Source: Eledone cirrhosa (lineage: Eukaryota). From it: DNA of 64,000 bases. Position 1 is the first letter of the stretch. Each line of letters begins with the position of its first letter. Positions 37,401 to 50,767 of this stretch are shown in pieces. Both the position numbers and the translations under genes were made by a program. The DNA lies in assembly GCA_964016885.1 (NCBI GenBank), contig OZ024742.1:3472001-3536000 (forward strand), in the 5' to 3' direction. Below the pieces are notes generated by a model. That model was given only the letters and a program-made list of their open reading frames with translations, made no database searches and was not told the origin of the DNA.

Positions 37401-39373
37401 GTTTAGTTTGTTTGTGATGATAATGTTTTTGAGGATTATGTTAGTCTTGTGTACTATATTTTGGTTCTGTTTGGAGTTCTGGATCTTAGGGAGGGTGTCT
37501 CGTTCCTCCATGTCAGATTCTTTCATGTTCATCCATTCGATCATAATTTCATCCTTCAAGTTGGCAAGTTCATTGTCATTCATTTCTTTATCATTTACGA
37601 TCTCATTGTTTTCATTTTGAGTTTCATCTTGAGCATGCACTCCCTCCACTTTTTCGATCCTTTCTTTAATTTGTTCTGTTGTCAGTGATTCCGCCCCAAC
37701 CCTGGGATTCGAAGTGTTACAGTTTACCTCGTTTTCACTGACACATGTTTCATTTTCCCTTCGCTGACTTTGTGCTAATAGCTTGATCTGAACAATTTCT
37801 ATATCAGTTAGTAACTTTTTTTTACAATATTTTTTCGTATATTGGCTAGTTTGTTACTGTCAATATAGCCTCTGTTTTCGGGATGTTTCTTTTTCCAATT
37901 GATATATGTCTGTTCTGTATTCGATGTATTTGATGGGTAGTACATGGCAGTGTAGAAAGCCTCAATGACTTCTTTATTATCTTCCCTTGACCATTTTTCT
38001 CTTTTTTTCTTTGGATTTCTTGGTGGTGAGCATGGAGGGCCAACAGTAGGAGTATTCCGGTTATGGGAGGTCTCCAGCTCCGAAGTGATGGGAAGGTTTG
38101 AACCATTAGCTGATTTTTCGACCCCAGTTTGGTTCCTCTCTGAGGGAAGCGGCCCTTTTTGACCCGGGTGACGGCCGATCCAGTATGAGATTTTATCATT
38201 AGACATTTACTTTATTTTGTCGCGTTTTATCCTTATCCGCCAAGGGGTAATCATTTCGTGTTACCACTTCTAGGACGAGTGTCAACCAAGACTAGAGTGG
38301 TCGTCCCCTAGAGGCACGGCTATTCCCCGCCGGCCACCATCCCGGTATTTCTTGGTCACGGGTTTTCTTTTTTGTTGTTTGTTTTAAATTGTTATTATAA
38401 TGAGTGGTTCCTTAATGTGAGCATTGCGTGGCTTAAGAATGAAATTATTAATAATATAATTTACTTTTTGCTGAAGTTGCCTGTTATTGTTGTTGGCTAT
38501 GTCGGTGGTGGTGCTGGGGTTTTTTCTATTGTTGGGGGGAAGGGGGAGCCAGCAGTGCCATAGTCGTTGGCGTTTGGCCGGTGGCCGGGTCACTAAGTCA
38601 ATCTATTTATATCTTTTGCTAGCCTCTCCTTTGTCTAGTGATACCGCCACCTTCCCCTTTCTTAAGTTAACAGAAGGTAATGGGGGAATAGTGGTGGTAG
38701 CAATGAAGGAGTGGTGGCGGCGGTGATGGGATAGTGGTAGCAATGATGGATGAAGTGGTGGCGGCGGTGACTATAGCGATGGCGTTGTCGTTACTGAGTT
38801 TTGTTGAATAGACTGTAGTTTGTTTGATCTGAGTATCTATGCGGTTTGTCGCGTATGTTTAATATATATGTTGACATATTTTTCTTAATATTGGCATTAA
38901 ACATTTTGTGAAAACTTGAGACAATAATAATAGTAATTATTATTATTATGCTGGGATTGGTGGTGGTGAAATTGCCGTTATCTGGCTGTTCTATTTAGTG
39001 TACACAGAGGGGTGATGGGGTAGGTGGTGTATCTAGTTTGTGGTGTTGGTTAAATTGCTGTTATTTGACTGTTCTATATAGTGTAGACAGAGGGGTTTTT
39101 TTCTTCCATTTTAGTGTAGACAGAGGGGTTTTTTTCTTCCATTTATAACCGTTTGCTTTTTGGAATATAAAATTTATAATACAAAATTGAATATTTGAGC
39201 GATATAACAGGATATGATGGATCCGAATTTTCTGAGAGTTGAGTCTGGTGCTTTATGTATCATTTGTACTAAGAATTGTTATTTCACGATTGATTTAAAT
39301 ATGTTAAAAATCAAATACTTATGGGAGAGATTTCATGATCTTCTATCAACCACGTGCGTCTTCTTCTTCTTCC
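34413..39373 (-). mobile_element. R4/Dong-clade LINE family B, full-length
   Basis: Single long ORF, ~1.17-kb 5' UTR, (ATT)n on both sides. Confidence 0.93.
34558..38206 (-). pseudogene. Dong-B ORF: RT, CCHC finger, restriction-like endonuclease; disrupted
   Basis: WKSPGKD, GIFQGDSL, HLFYMDDLKLF, CRVCKKQPETIDHIISMC, RHD, RPDII, EKLSKYKDL. Confidence 0.92.
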
Positions 39374-39455
<82 letters not shown>

Positions 39456-39484
39456 CATTATTATTATTATTATTATTATTATTA

Positions 39485-40970
39485 CAGCTGCATTTATCTT
39501 GCTTTATGTTCATACGAGTTATCACCAAGTCACAACCAGTGACCCCAAGAGACAACAAGGTCCGCCATGTTCAAGAAAGAACATACATATTCACACATGC
39601 ATCTTTAGTGTTTAGACTTGTGATGTACTTATATTGACAGAATCTTCCTTAGTATATGGGCAGTTCCCATTAGTACTATCTTTTGTATTTCTCCTATACG
39701 CGGGTTTCCTGGGATTTGCGATATGTAATCATTAGACCCCTTAGGTATCATTCCTAGAGCGCCTACAACCACTGGTATTGTTTTAGTTCTCAATTTCCAC
39801 ATTTTTCCAATTTCTATCTCCAGGTCCTTATACTTGCTCAATTTTTCAAATGTTTTTATAGATACATTCTTGTCTATTGGAACAGACATATCAATTAGCA
39901 GGCATATATCTTTTGAAAGTCTTTCAATATTATATCAGGTCTGTTTGCATCTATTTTTCGGTCTGTTTGGATGCTAAAGTTCCACAAGATTGAGATGTGA
40001 TCTTTTTCAAGTATGGGAGGTGGTTGATGCTCCCACCAATTCTTTTGATGGGGCAGGTCAAAATGCTTACACATTATCCAATGTATGTATTGTGCAGCTC
40101 TGTCATGCCTGTTTAGGTATTCGGTTGGAGCTATAGGACTGCACATTGAAATTATATAGTCAATGGTCTCTGGTTGTTTTTTGCATACACGGCATAATGG
40201 GCTGCATCCATTTTTTATTATGTTCGCTTGGTAATTTTTTTGTTGGCAGACACTGATCTTGTGCCGATATAATCAGTCCTTCATTCTCCGATTTCAGTCC
40301 AGAGGATGCCAACCACTGATGGGTTAAAGTTTTGTCAACATCAGGATTGTTAGCTCGCTCTGGGTATTTTCCATACAGAGGCTTTTCTTACCATTTCTTA
40401 GCCAGTTTCTGTAGCAGTTCTTTCTTTGCAGTTACTTTTACCTGCTTTGCTTTTTCTGTGTTTTCCATTTCAGCAGTAAATGGGACTTCTGAAATTTGTA
40501 GTCCATTACTGTATCTTTGTGCATCTTTTGTAATGGAATATGATCTTTTGATGCTTTCGTGTTTCAAAACGAGTTTGATCATCCAATCATGTGATTCCCT
40601 TAGATATGTAGATAATCCAATTGTTGCAGTTTTCAACGCAATGTCTAACTGGATTAACCCACGTCCTCCTTCTTTCCTAGGGAGATATATTCTATCTATA
40701 TCTGCCTTAGGGTGATGCATTCTGTGCATGGTTAAGAATTTTCGAATTTTTGTATCGAGCCTACGGATCTCTGTGCTTGACCAGTTGATGACATTGTAAC
40801 TGTAGGTTACTACTGGTATGGCAAGCGTGTTTATGGCATCGATCCTATTCCTTGCATTCAATTCCGTTTTTAAGATTGCTCTCACTCTGCGGTAACATTC
40901 CTTCCTTATCCTTTCCCTCATTGTCGAGTGCTTGATTCCGTCTCCTTCACAAACACCTAGATATTTGTAA

Positions 40971-40973
<3 letters not shown>
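39485..40973 (-). mobile_element. Dong-B, 5'-truncated
   Basis: Starts at TYKYLG; near-identical to 34413-35900; (ATT)n flanks. Confidence 0.92.
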
Positions 40974-41024
<51 letters not shown>

Positions 41025-41107
41025 GTTATTACTCTTTGAGTCTCAGTCATTGATGTTGGTTAACTGGAAAGTTTGTTGAAATGAATATCAAGCCACTACC
41101 TGCAGCC

Positions 41108-44100
41108 TCAGATATTCAGGACGTATCGGAGGGTTCTTGCTGTTCCCAGCAAGCATGCCTTTTGAAGCGTTCCAAAAAGCGTGAAGGGGCCAATTTTCTT
41201 TAACCATCTCTGGAAACTTTTTGAGATAGTCCCTAGTGCGCCTATGACAATCGGGATCACTTTGACTTCATGGCAGTTCCAAATCCTTTTTACCTCCCAT
41301 TTTAAGTCCTGGTATCGGTTAATTTTCTCCCTCTCCTTCTCTTGCACTCTCGTGTCGAATGGGCAGGCCACATCCACAATGAGGCACGATCTTTATTCTT
41401 TGTCCACAACCACCAGGTCAGGTCTATTGTGTTCCAGTTTCTTGTCCGTCTGTATCCTGAAATCCCACAGATCCTTCAGCTGATCGTTTTCTATCACCGC
41501 CTCTGGCTTATGCTCATACCACTTCTCAGAATGTGGTAAATTGTTTACTTTGCATAGGTGCCAGTGGTTCACCCTGCCCATCACATCATGTCTCCAGCCC
41601 TTATAGTGAGTCTGGGCTAGGTGTTTACACTCGGATACAATGTGAGCCACAGTCTCCTCTCTCTCTCCACAGATCCTGCACAGTGGGCTAGCCTCCTCCT
41701 TGTAAATATGGTGTTTCAACCACTTCGTTTTGAGGGCCTGTTACTGCGCAGCCATTAACATTCCTTCTGTAGCCTTTTTAAGGTCTCCTCTTTTCAACCA
41801 GTTCCATGTCTGTGGATCTCTAAATTCAGTTTTCTCAAAGAAGGTACTATGAAGGGATTTTTCCTGAAGGCTGCTCTTTCTCCTTGATGTTATTTCCTCC
41901 TTGGACAACCCCTGGCCTATTGTCCCCTCCTTCAGTACAGTTCTGAGCATTGGCTCCTTACTATCGGTCACGTATTTGTGTAGGTTATTTTTCTCCATCT
42001 GAACACAGTCCTCTATGCTGATAAGACCTCTTCCACCCTCAGATCTCCTTAAGTAGAGTATATCGACATCACTCCTCTTGTGGAACATGTTGTAGATAGT
42101 CAATAGCTTCCTAGTCTTCCTATCCATTTCTTTCTGTTCAGCAACATTCCATCTCAGAATTCCCGCACTGTACCTAATAATAGACACAGCTCGGGAATTT
42201 ACTGCACTTATGGCATTCCTACTGTTCAGATGTGACTTTAATACGCTCCTTACTCTCCGAATGTATTCAGTTCTTATCAATTCCTTCATTTTTTTGTTCT
42301 TGATGTCATCAGCCTCCAGAACGCCCAAAAACTTGTATCCTTCTTCAGAGTCAATTTTCTTTATCATCTCACCCGTTGGTACCTGGATTCCGTTACTTCT
42401 GCTCAACTTACCCCTCTTCATCACAATGACTCCACACTTACTAATACCAAATTGCATACATATATCATTGCTGAAAATACGGACAGTGTCAACAAGCACA
42501 TCCAACTCCTTCTCACTCTTCCCGAAGAGCTTAAGATCGTCCATGAAGAGGAGGTGATTGATGGTAAGCCCCCTCCCCTTTCCCAACCTGTATCCTGCTC
42601 TCACCTTTCGAAGTACACTGGTCAGGGGCATCAGGGCAAGGACAAACAACAGAGGGGACAGACTATCTACCTGGAACATACCTCTCTTGATCTTCACGCT
42701 TCCCAAGGATTCTCCAGTTGATGTTAACTGTGTTTACCAGGACTTCATACTTTTGCCCAACAACTGTCTGAATTTATCTGCCACCTTGAAGATCTCCAGG
42801 CTTTTGGTGATCCAAGAATGAGGCACCATGTCAAATGCCTTTTTGTAGTCTATCCATCCCATGGCAAGACCAGTGTGTCTCCTCTTGCAATTCCTCATTA
42901 CCATCTTATCAATAAGTAACTGGTCCTTTGTACCACGTGACTTCTTTCGGCATCCTTTCTGTTCGTCCGGTAACAAGTTGTTTGTGTGGAGGTGATGGTA
43001 GATTTCCTCAGACATAATGCTTGTCAACAGTTTCCACATTACGGACAGACATGTGATAGGTCTATAGTTGGTAACATCATTACCCTTGATTCGGTCTTTC
43101 ATTATCAGAACTGTGGTACCTTTTTTCAACCACTCTGGTACCTCACCTGGCATCAAGCACTCATTGAACATGGTTGTCAGTTTCGGGTGGAGGGATCTTA
43201 TATTTTTAATCCAATACCCCTGCACACCATCTGGGCCTGGTGATTTCCAGTTGGTTAGTTTTTTGGCCTGCCCCTTAAGAGTTTCAACTATGATACTCAA
43301 ATCAGTTTGTTGGTGTGCCTGTTCACTAATCTCCTTCTGTACTGTCTCAATCCACACTGCCTGGTCATTATGTTTAACATCCTGCTCCCATATTCCTCTC
43401 CAGAATGTTTTAGTTTGTTCCGCCCCAGGGATCAAGTCGTTGCCTCTTTCTTTCCCTTCAAGCTGTCCAAACAACAGCTTCTGGTTGTTGTCAAACATGC
43501 GGTTCTGTCTATACTGGCTGACTCTGTTCTCGTATCGCCTGATTTTTGAACTCTTTGCTACAATGCGTTGCTTCAGTTCCTCTATGATAATATTTAGCTT
43601 TTTCCTCCTAGTTTTGTACTTTATTTCCAGTCTATTTTTAGTGTCTATATGTTTTAGTGTCCCATTCAGTAGGAACTCAAGCTTTCCAATGTCATTTCTC
43701 ATTTCCCTGATTTGACCATTCAGTCGTTTCTTCCACCAAGGCTCTGCTCTTTCTTGTCTGTTGTTTCTTCTCGCTTTTATACCAAGTAGTTTCCTCACCG
43801 CATTTGCTGTTGCTTTGATGATATTGTTGCACTGGTGAAGGCTCCTCGCCTCATGGTATGGGATGACTTTGTTTACCTTAGCTGTTGTTACTTTAACTTT
43901 TTCCTGTCTACAAATCTTAGGTTCATAGGTCTCCCACTATCATTGTTCAATTCATCTACCACTAAGTTTAGGATATCAACCAAATCTTTTCCTAGCTCGT
44001 CAGCATTCATCTCCTCAGTGGCCGTAACTCTGTTCCAGGTATTATTTATCTCAGCATTCAGATCATTGTCTGCTTCGGGTGGTTCCTCCGTTCTCTCGAC

Positions 44101-44535
44101 TTCTTCACCTTCATTTCCCACTGGCTCGTTTGCCTGGCATACTCCACTCTCCATCTCCAAGCTAATCTCTCTGCTCAGTTCCTCCAGTTCCAGCTCGCTT
44201 ATCCACCCATTAGTTCTTATTACCCGAGCCTGCCCGGCCAATTTTTGTTCATCTAATTTAAATAGACCAATCTCGTTCCAGATGTTATACATCCGTTTCC
44301 TATTGCCTTTCTCCTTGGGGTTACTCTTCAGGTAACATTGCATAACAGTTCTATTCAATTCTTTCGTCCAGTTGGTTCTGGTCCCTTTCCTTCTTCTTCT
44401 TCCTCCCACACCAGCAGTATTTGGTTCAGAGCCAGGTCCCTGCTGCTGAGCCAGGGAGCACCTGTTGGGTGAGAGTCTGTCACATGACATTCTAGTCTCC
44501 ATTTCACCGTTATTCGAACTGTTTAGGTTCGACAT
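41108..44535 (-). pseudogene. Dong-A ORF: RT, CCHC finger, restriction-like endonuclease; disrupted
   Basis: WKSPGPDGV, YRPITCL, WIDYKKAFDMVPH, HLLFMDDLKLF, CRICGEREETVAHIVSEC, RHD, RPDLVV. Confidence 0.92.
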
Positions 44536-44868
44536 TTAAACACTCTTATCGAGGATTGGCGAACGTATGGTTACATAACCACCGGTGAATTCATCGTCTC
44601 CGGTGGTTCCGTCACTCCACGTGATTTTTGTGTGGCATTATCACGCTGTAGATGAACATAAATAAACAAACAAACAAACAGGCAAAAAAAAAAACACCCC
44701 AAAAAATGAATAAGCATAAGTTTCATTGTAATGTAGTGTTTGAATGTCTGACTTAGTTTTTCCCTTCCCTTCTCTGTCCGTCTGTTTGTTTTTCTCTTCA
44801 TTCTTATTTTATTTACGTTTTACGTTGTTGCTGTGCTGCTTTGATTTTGATTTTTGTTTTTTTGATTT

Positions 44869-44898
44869 TGACCGGGTCATCAATTCAGTCTATTTATA
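44869..44898 (-). promoter_or_regulatory. TATA box plus initiator-like core promoter in the Dong 5' UTR (also 38582-38611, 50063-50092, 54869-54898, 55266-55295)
   Basis: TATAAATAGA-N10-(G/A)ACYCGG-YCA with the final A 29 nt after the first T in all five copies. Confidence 0.6.
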
Positions 44899-45997
44899 TA
44901 TGTTGATGCCTTCCTCTTTTAGTGGGGATTCTACGATGTAGCAGGGGGTAGCGGGAGAGAATAGCGGCGGTAGTGATAATGAGGCAGTGGTGGTGGTGGT
45001 GGTGGTGGCGGTGCTGTGCTAGCAGCAACTAGCAGGAGGTCGTGGGAGAGAATAGCGGCGGTACGATAAATCCTTATTAGGCAGTGGTGGTGGTGAGGTG
45101 GTCGTATTACTGTAGTGATGGTGTTGAAGTTGGAGTAGAAATAGCGGTTGAGTCGACTTAACCAGAGTTTTCATCGTGGTAGTGTTGGTGGTGTTGGTGG
45201 TGAAATTATCTTTAGTTATTTAGTCATTTTGTCATTTTCCTCCTTTTCGACTCTAACATTCCTGATCCAAAATTAAATATTAATCTTGTTTATTAATATT
45301 GTCTAGTGATACCGCCATCTTCCCCTTTCGTAAGTTAACAGAAGGTAATGGGGGGATAGCGGTGGTAGCAATGAAGGAGTGGTGGCGGCGGTGATGGGAT
45401 AGTGGTAGTAATGATTGACCGGGGGCCGTTGGTGGTGACTGTAGTGATGGCATTGTCGTTACTGAGTTTTGTTGAATGAACTGTATTTTTGTTTGATCGG
45501 TGAATCTATGGGGTTAGTCGCGTATATGTGTTGACATATTTTCTTAATATTGGCATTAAACATTTTGTTAAACCTTGAGACAATAATAATAGTAATTACT
45601 ATTATTATGCTGAGATTGGTGGTGGTGGTGGTGAAATTGCCGTTATCTGGCTGATCTGTTTAGTGTACACAGAGGGGTGATGGGGTAGGTGGTGTATCTA
45701 GTTTCTGGTGTTGGTGAAATTGCTGTTATTTGGCTGTTCTATATAGTGTAGACAGAGGGGGTTTTCTTCCATTTATAACCATTTTCTTTTTTGAATATAA
45801 AATGCATAATACAAAATTGAATATTTGAGCGATATAACAATATATTATGGATCCGAATTTTTTGGGGACACAAGCCGGATGTTTTATGTATCATTTGTAA
45901 TAAGAATTGTTATTTCACAATTGATTTAAATATGTTAAAAATCAAAACTTACGGGAGCGATTTCACGACCTCTATCCACCATGTGTGTCTTCTTCCC

Positions 45998-46055
<58 letters not shown>

Positions 46056-46061
46056 GTTATT

Positions 46062-49000
46062 GTTCTTTGAGTCTCAGTCAATGATGTTGGTTAACTGGAA
46101 AGTTTGTTGAAATGAATATCAAGCCACTACCTGCAGCCTCAGATATTCAGGACGTATCGGAGGGTTCTTGCTGTTCCCAGCAAGCATGCCTTTTGAAGCG
46201 TTCCAAGAAGCGTGGCGGGATCAATTTTCTTTAACCATCCCTGGAAAATTTTTGAGATAGTACCTAGTGCGCCTATGACAATCGGGACCACTTTGACTTC
46301 ATGGCAGTTCCAAATCCTTTTTACCTCCCACTTTAAGTCCTGGTATCGGTTAATTTTCTCACTCTCCTTCTCTTGCACTCGCGTGTCGAATGGGCAGGCC
46401 ACATCCACAATCAGGCACGATGTTTTTTCCTTGTCTAAAACCACCAGGTCAGGTCTATTGTGTTCCAGTTTCTTGTCCGTCTGTATCCTAAAATCCCACA
46501 GCACCTTCACCTGATCGTTTTCTATCACCGACTCTGGCTTATGCTCATATCACTTCTCAGAATGTGGTAAATTGTTTACTTTGCATAGGAGCCAGTGGAT
46601 CACCCTGCCCATCACATCATGTCTCCAGCCCTTATAGTGAGTCTGGGCTAGGTGTTTGCACTCGGATACAATGTGAGCTGCAGTCTCCTCTCTCACTCCA
46701 CAGATCCTGCACAGTGGGCTAGCCTCCTCCTTGCAAATATGGTGTTTCAGCCACTTCGTTTTGAGGGCCTGCTCTTGCGCAGCCATTAGCATTCCTTCTG
46801 TAGCCTTCTATAAGGTCTCCTCTTTTCAACCAGTTCCATGTCTGTGGATCTCTAAATTCAGTTTTCTCAAAAGAGGGTACTATGAAGGGATTTTTCATGA
46901 AGGTTGCTCTTTCTCCTTGTTCTTATTTCCTCCTTGGACAACCCCTGGTCTATTGTCCTCTCCTTCAGTACAATGTTGGGCATTGGCTCCCTACTATCAG
47001 TCACGTATTTGTGTGGGTTGTTTTTCTCCATCTGAACACAGTCCTCTATGCTGATAAGACCTCTTCCACCTTCAGATCTCTTTAAGTATAGTCTATCGAC
47101 ATCACTCCCCTTGTGGAACATGTTGTTGATAGTCAATAGCTTCCTAGTCTTCCTATCCATTTCTTTTTGTTCAGCAACATTCCATCTCAGAATTCCCGCA
47201 CTGTACCTAATAATAGACACAGCTCGGGAATTTACTGCACTTATGGCATTCCTACTGTTCAGATGTGACTTTAATACGCTCCTTAATCTCCGAATGTTTT
47301 CAGACCGTATCAATTCCTTAATTTTTTGGTTCTTGATGTCATCAGCCTCCAGAACACCCAAATACTTGTATCCTTCTTCAGTATCAATTACCTTTATCCT
47401 CTCACCTGTTGGTACCTGGATTCCATTGCTTCTGCTCAATTTACCCCTCTTCACCACAAGGTCTCCACACTTACTAATACCAAATTGCATACATATATCA
47501 TTGCTGAAAATACGGACAGTGTCAACAAGCACATCCAACTCCTCACTATTCCCGAAGTGCTTAAGATCGTCCATGAAGAGGAGGTGATTGATGATAAGCT
47601 CTCCCTTTCCCAACTTGTATCCTGCTCTCACTTTTCGCAGTATAATGGTCAGGGGGGATCAGGGCAAGGACAAGCAACAGGGGGGACAAACTATCTCCCT
47701 GGAAGATACCTCTCATGATCTTCACGCTTCCCAAGGATTCTCCAGCTGATGTTAACTCTGTTTACCAGGACTTCATACTTTTGCCCAACAACTGTCTGAT
47801 GTTATCTGGCACCTTGAAGATCTCTAGACTTTTGGTTATACAAGAATGAGGTACCATGTCAAATGCCTTTTTGTAGTCTATCCATCCCATGGCAAGACCA
47901 GTGTGTCTCCTCTTGCAATTCCTCATTATCATCTTATCAATACGTAACTGGTCCTTTGTACCACGGGACTTCTTTCGATATCCTTTCTGTTCGTAGGGTA
48001 ACAAGTTGTTTATGTGGAGGTGATGGTAGATTTCCTCAGACACAATACTTGTTAACAGTTTCCACATTACGGGCAGACATGTGATAGGTCTATAGTTGGT
48101 AACATCATTACCCTTAGTTTGGTCTTTCATTACCAGAACTGTGGTACCTTTTGTCAACCACTCTGGTACCTCACCTGACATCAAGCACTCATTGAACATG
48201 GTTGTCAGTTTCGGGTGGAGGGATGTTATATTTTTAATCTAATAGCCCTGCACACCATCTGGGCCTGGTGATTTCCAGTTGGTTAGTTTTCTGGCCTGCC
48301 CCTTAAGAGTTTTAACTGTGATACTCAAATCAGTTTGTTGGTGTGCCTGTTCACTAATCTCCTTTTGAACTGTCTCAATCCACACTGCCTGATCATTATG
48401 TTTAACATCCTGCTCCCATATTCCTCTCCAGAATGTCTTAGTTTGTTCCGCCTCGGGGATCAAGTCGTTGCCTCTTTCTTTCCCTTCAAGCTGTCCAAAC
48501 AACATCTTCTGGTTGTTGTCAAACATGCGGTTCTGTCTATACTGACTGACTCTGGTCTCGTATCGCCTAATCTTTGCGCACTTTGCTACAATGCGTTGCT
48601 TCAGTTCCTCTATGATAATATTTAGCTTTTTCCTCCTAGTTTTGTACTTTATTTCCAGTCTATTTTTAGTGTCTATGTTTTGTAGTGTCCCATTCAGTCG
48701 GGACTCAAGCTTTCCAATGTCATTTCTCATTTCCCTGATTTGACCATTCAGTCGTTTCTTCCACCAAGGTTCTGATCTTTCTTGTTTGCTGTTTCCTCTC
48801 GATTTTATGCCAAGTAATTTCCTCACCGCATTTGCTGTTGCTTTGAGGATATTGTTGCACTGGTGAAGGCTCCTCACCTCAAGGTATGGGATGACTTTGT
48901 TTACCTTAGCTGTTGTTTCTTTTAACTTTTTCCTCTCTACAAATCTTAGGTTCATAGGTTTCCCACTATCATTGTTCCTTTCATCTACCACTAAGTTTAG

Positions 49001-50673
49001 GATATCGACCAAATCTTGTCCTAGCTCGTCAGCATTCATTTCCTCAATGGCCGTATCTTTGTTCCAGGTATTAATTATTTCAGCATTTTAGGGCGGTGGA
49101 TTGGCAGTATCGGTAGAGAGTCGGACGCCATGCTTTGAAGCATAGAGTTACGTCCCTTTATGATCTGAGTTCAAATACCGCCGAGGTTAACTTTGGCTTT
49201 CATCCTTACGGGGTCGTTAAAATAAAGTACCAGTAATGTACTGTGTAATTGCTGGCCTTGTGCCTAAAATAGAAACAATTATTTATTTCAGCATTCAGAT
49301 CATTGTCTGCTTCGGATGGTTCCTCCGTTCTCTCAACCACTTCACCTTCATTTCCCACTGGCTCGTTTGCCTGGCATACTCCACTCTCCATTTCCAACCT
49401 AATCTCTCTGCTCAGTTCCTCCAGTTCCAGCTCGCTTATCCACCCATTAGTTCTTATTACCCGAGCCTGCCCGGCCAATTTTTGTTCATCTAATTTAAAT
49501 AGACCAATCTCGTTCCAGATGTTATACATCCGTTTCCTATTGCCTTTTTCCTTGGGGTTACTCTTCAGGTAACATTGCATAACAGTTCTATTCAATTCTT
49601 TCGTCCAGTTGGTTCTGGTCCCTTTCCTTCTTCTTCTTCCTCCAACACCAGCAGTATTTGGATGACAGCCAGGTCCCTGCTGCTGGGCCAGGGAGCACTG
49701 CTGGGTGAGAGTCTGTCACATGACATTCCAGTCACCACTTCACCGTTCTTCGAACTGTTTAGGTTCGACATTTAAACATTCATATCGAGGATTGGTGAAT
49801 GTATGGTTACATAACCACCGGTGATTTCATCACCCCCGGTGATTTCAGCGTGGCACTATCTCGCTGTAGACGAACATAAATAAATAAACAAATAAATAGG
49901 TAAAAACTTTAAAAAATAAGCATAAGTTTCATTTTAACGTAATGTTTGAATGTCTGATTTAGTTTTTTTTTGTTTGTTTGTTTGTTTGTTCGTTTTTCTT
50001 TTCTTTACGTTTTTCGTTGCTGCTGTGCTGTTTTGATTTTGATATTTGATTTTTTGATTTTTTGACCGGGTCATCAAATCAGTCTATTTATATCTTTTGA
50101 TACCTTCCTCACTTTGTGGGAATACTACTATCCCTCAGTCTTAGCAGGAGGTAGTGGGAGAGAATAGCAGCGGTAGCGATAATGAGGCAGTGGTGGTGGT
50201 GATGTGGTAGTAGTAGTATTTAACAGGAGGTAGTGGGAGAGATTAGCGGCGGAAGCGATAATGAGGCAGTGGTGGTGGTGGTGATGAGATAGTAGTACTG
50301 TAGTGATGGTGTTGAAGTTGAAGCAGAAATAGAAGTTGAAGTAACAGTTGGATTGGCTAGATTTTTTTGTGTGGTAGTGGTGATGGTGGCGGCGGCGGTG
50401 GTGGTGTTGGTGGTGAAATTATTTGCCTGTCTGTCCACGTAGCGATTTTACTGTTTTTTTTCGCTATAACATTTCTGATCCAAAATTAAATATTAACTAT
50501 TGAGGCCCTATTCCACAATGTGATGGTTTGTCGCTTGCTGAGAGTCAAAAATGTAATCTTATGTTTCATTTGTAATAAGAATTATTCTATCACAGTTGTT
50601 TTAAATATGTAAAAATCAAAAACTTACGGGTGCGATTCCATAACAGTATATGCACCATGTGCGTCCCCTTCCC
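46062..50673 (-). mobile_element. Dong-A, full-length (A2), disrupted by a SINE
   Basis: ORF from ATG 49771 to stop 46139 in pieces; (ATT)n flanks. Confidence 0.93.
49091..49280 (+). mobile_element. tRNA-derived SINE inserted in the Dong-A2 ORF
   Basis: TTATTTCAGCATT duplicated at 49075-49087 and 49283-49295; the site is empty in copy A3 (~53755). Confidence 0.95.
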
Positions 50674-50764
<91 letters not shown>

Positions 50765-50767
50765 GTT

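Larger units (their letters stand above)
41032..45997 (-). mobile_element. R4/Dong-clade LINE family A, full-length (A1)
   Basis: ORF pieces 44535-41108; ~1.46-kb 5' UTR; (ATT)n flanks. Confidence 0.93.

Noticed and set aside
43068-43715. Long antisense ORFs over Dong and Tx1 coding regions
   Set aside because: Shadow frames without recognisable motifs, and broken in sibling copies
45900-45997. HDV-like ribozyme at Dong 5' ends
   Set aside because: Could not find P3/L3 or J4/2 elements by eye; a descriptor search would be needed
49805-49850. TGATGAAA in the Dong-A leader as a hammerhead
   Set aside because: It is a simple GTGAT-GAA-ATCAC hairpin with no helix II or cleavage-site layout
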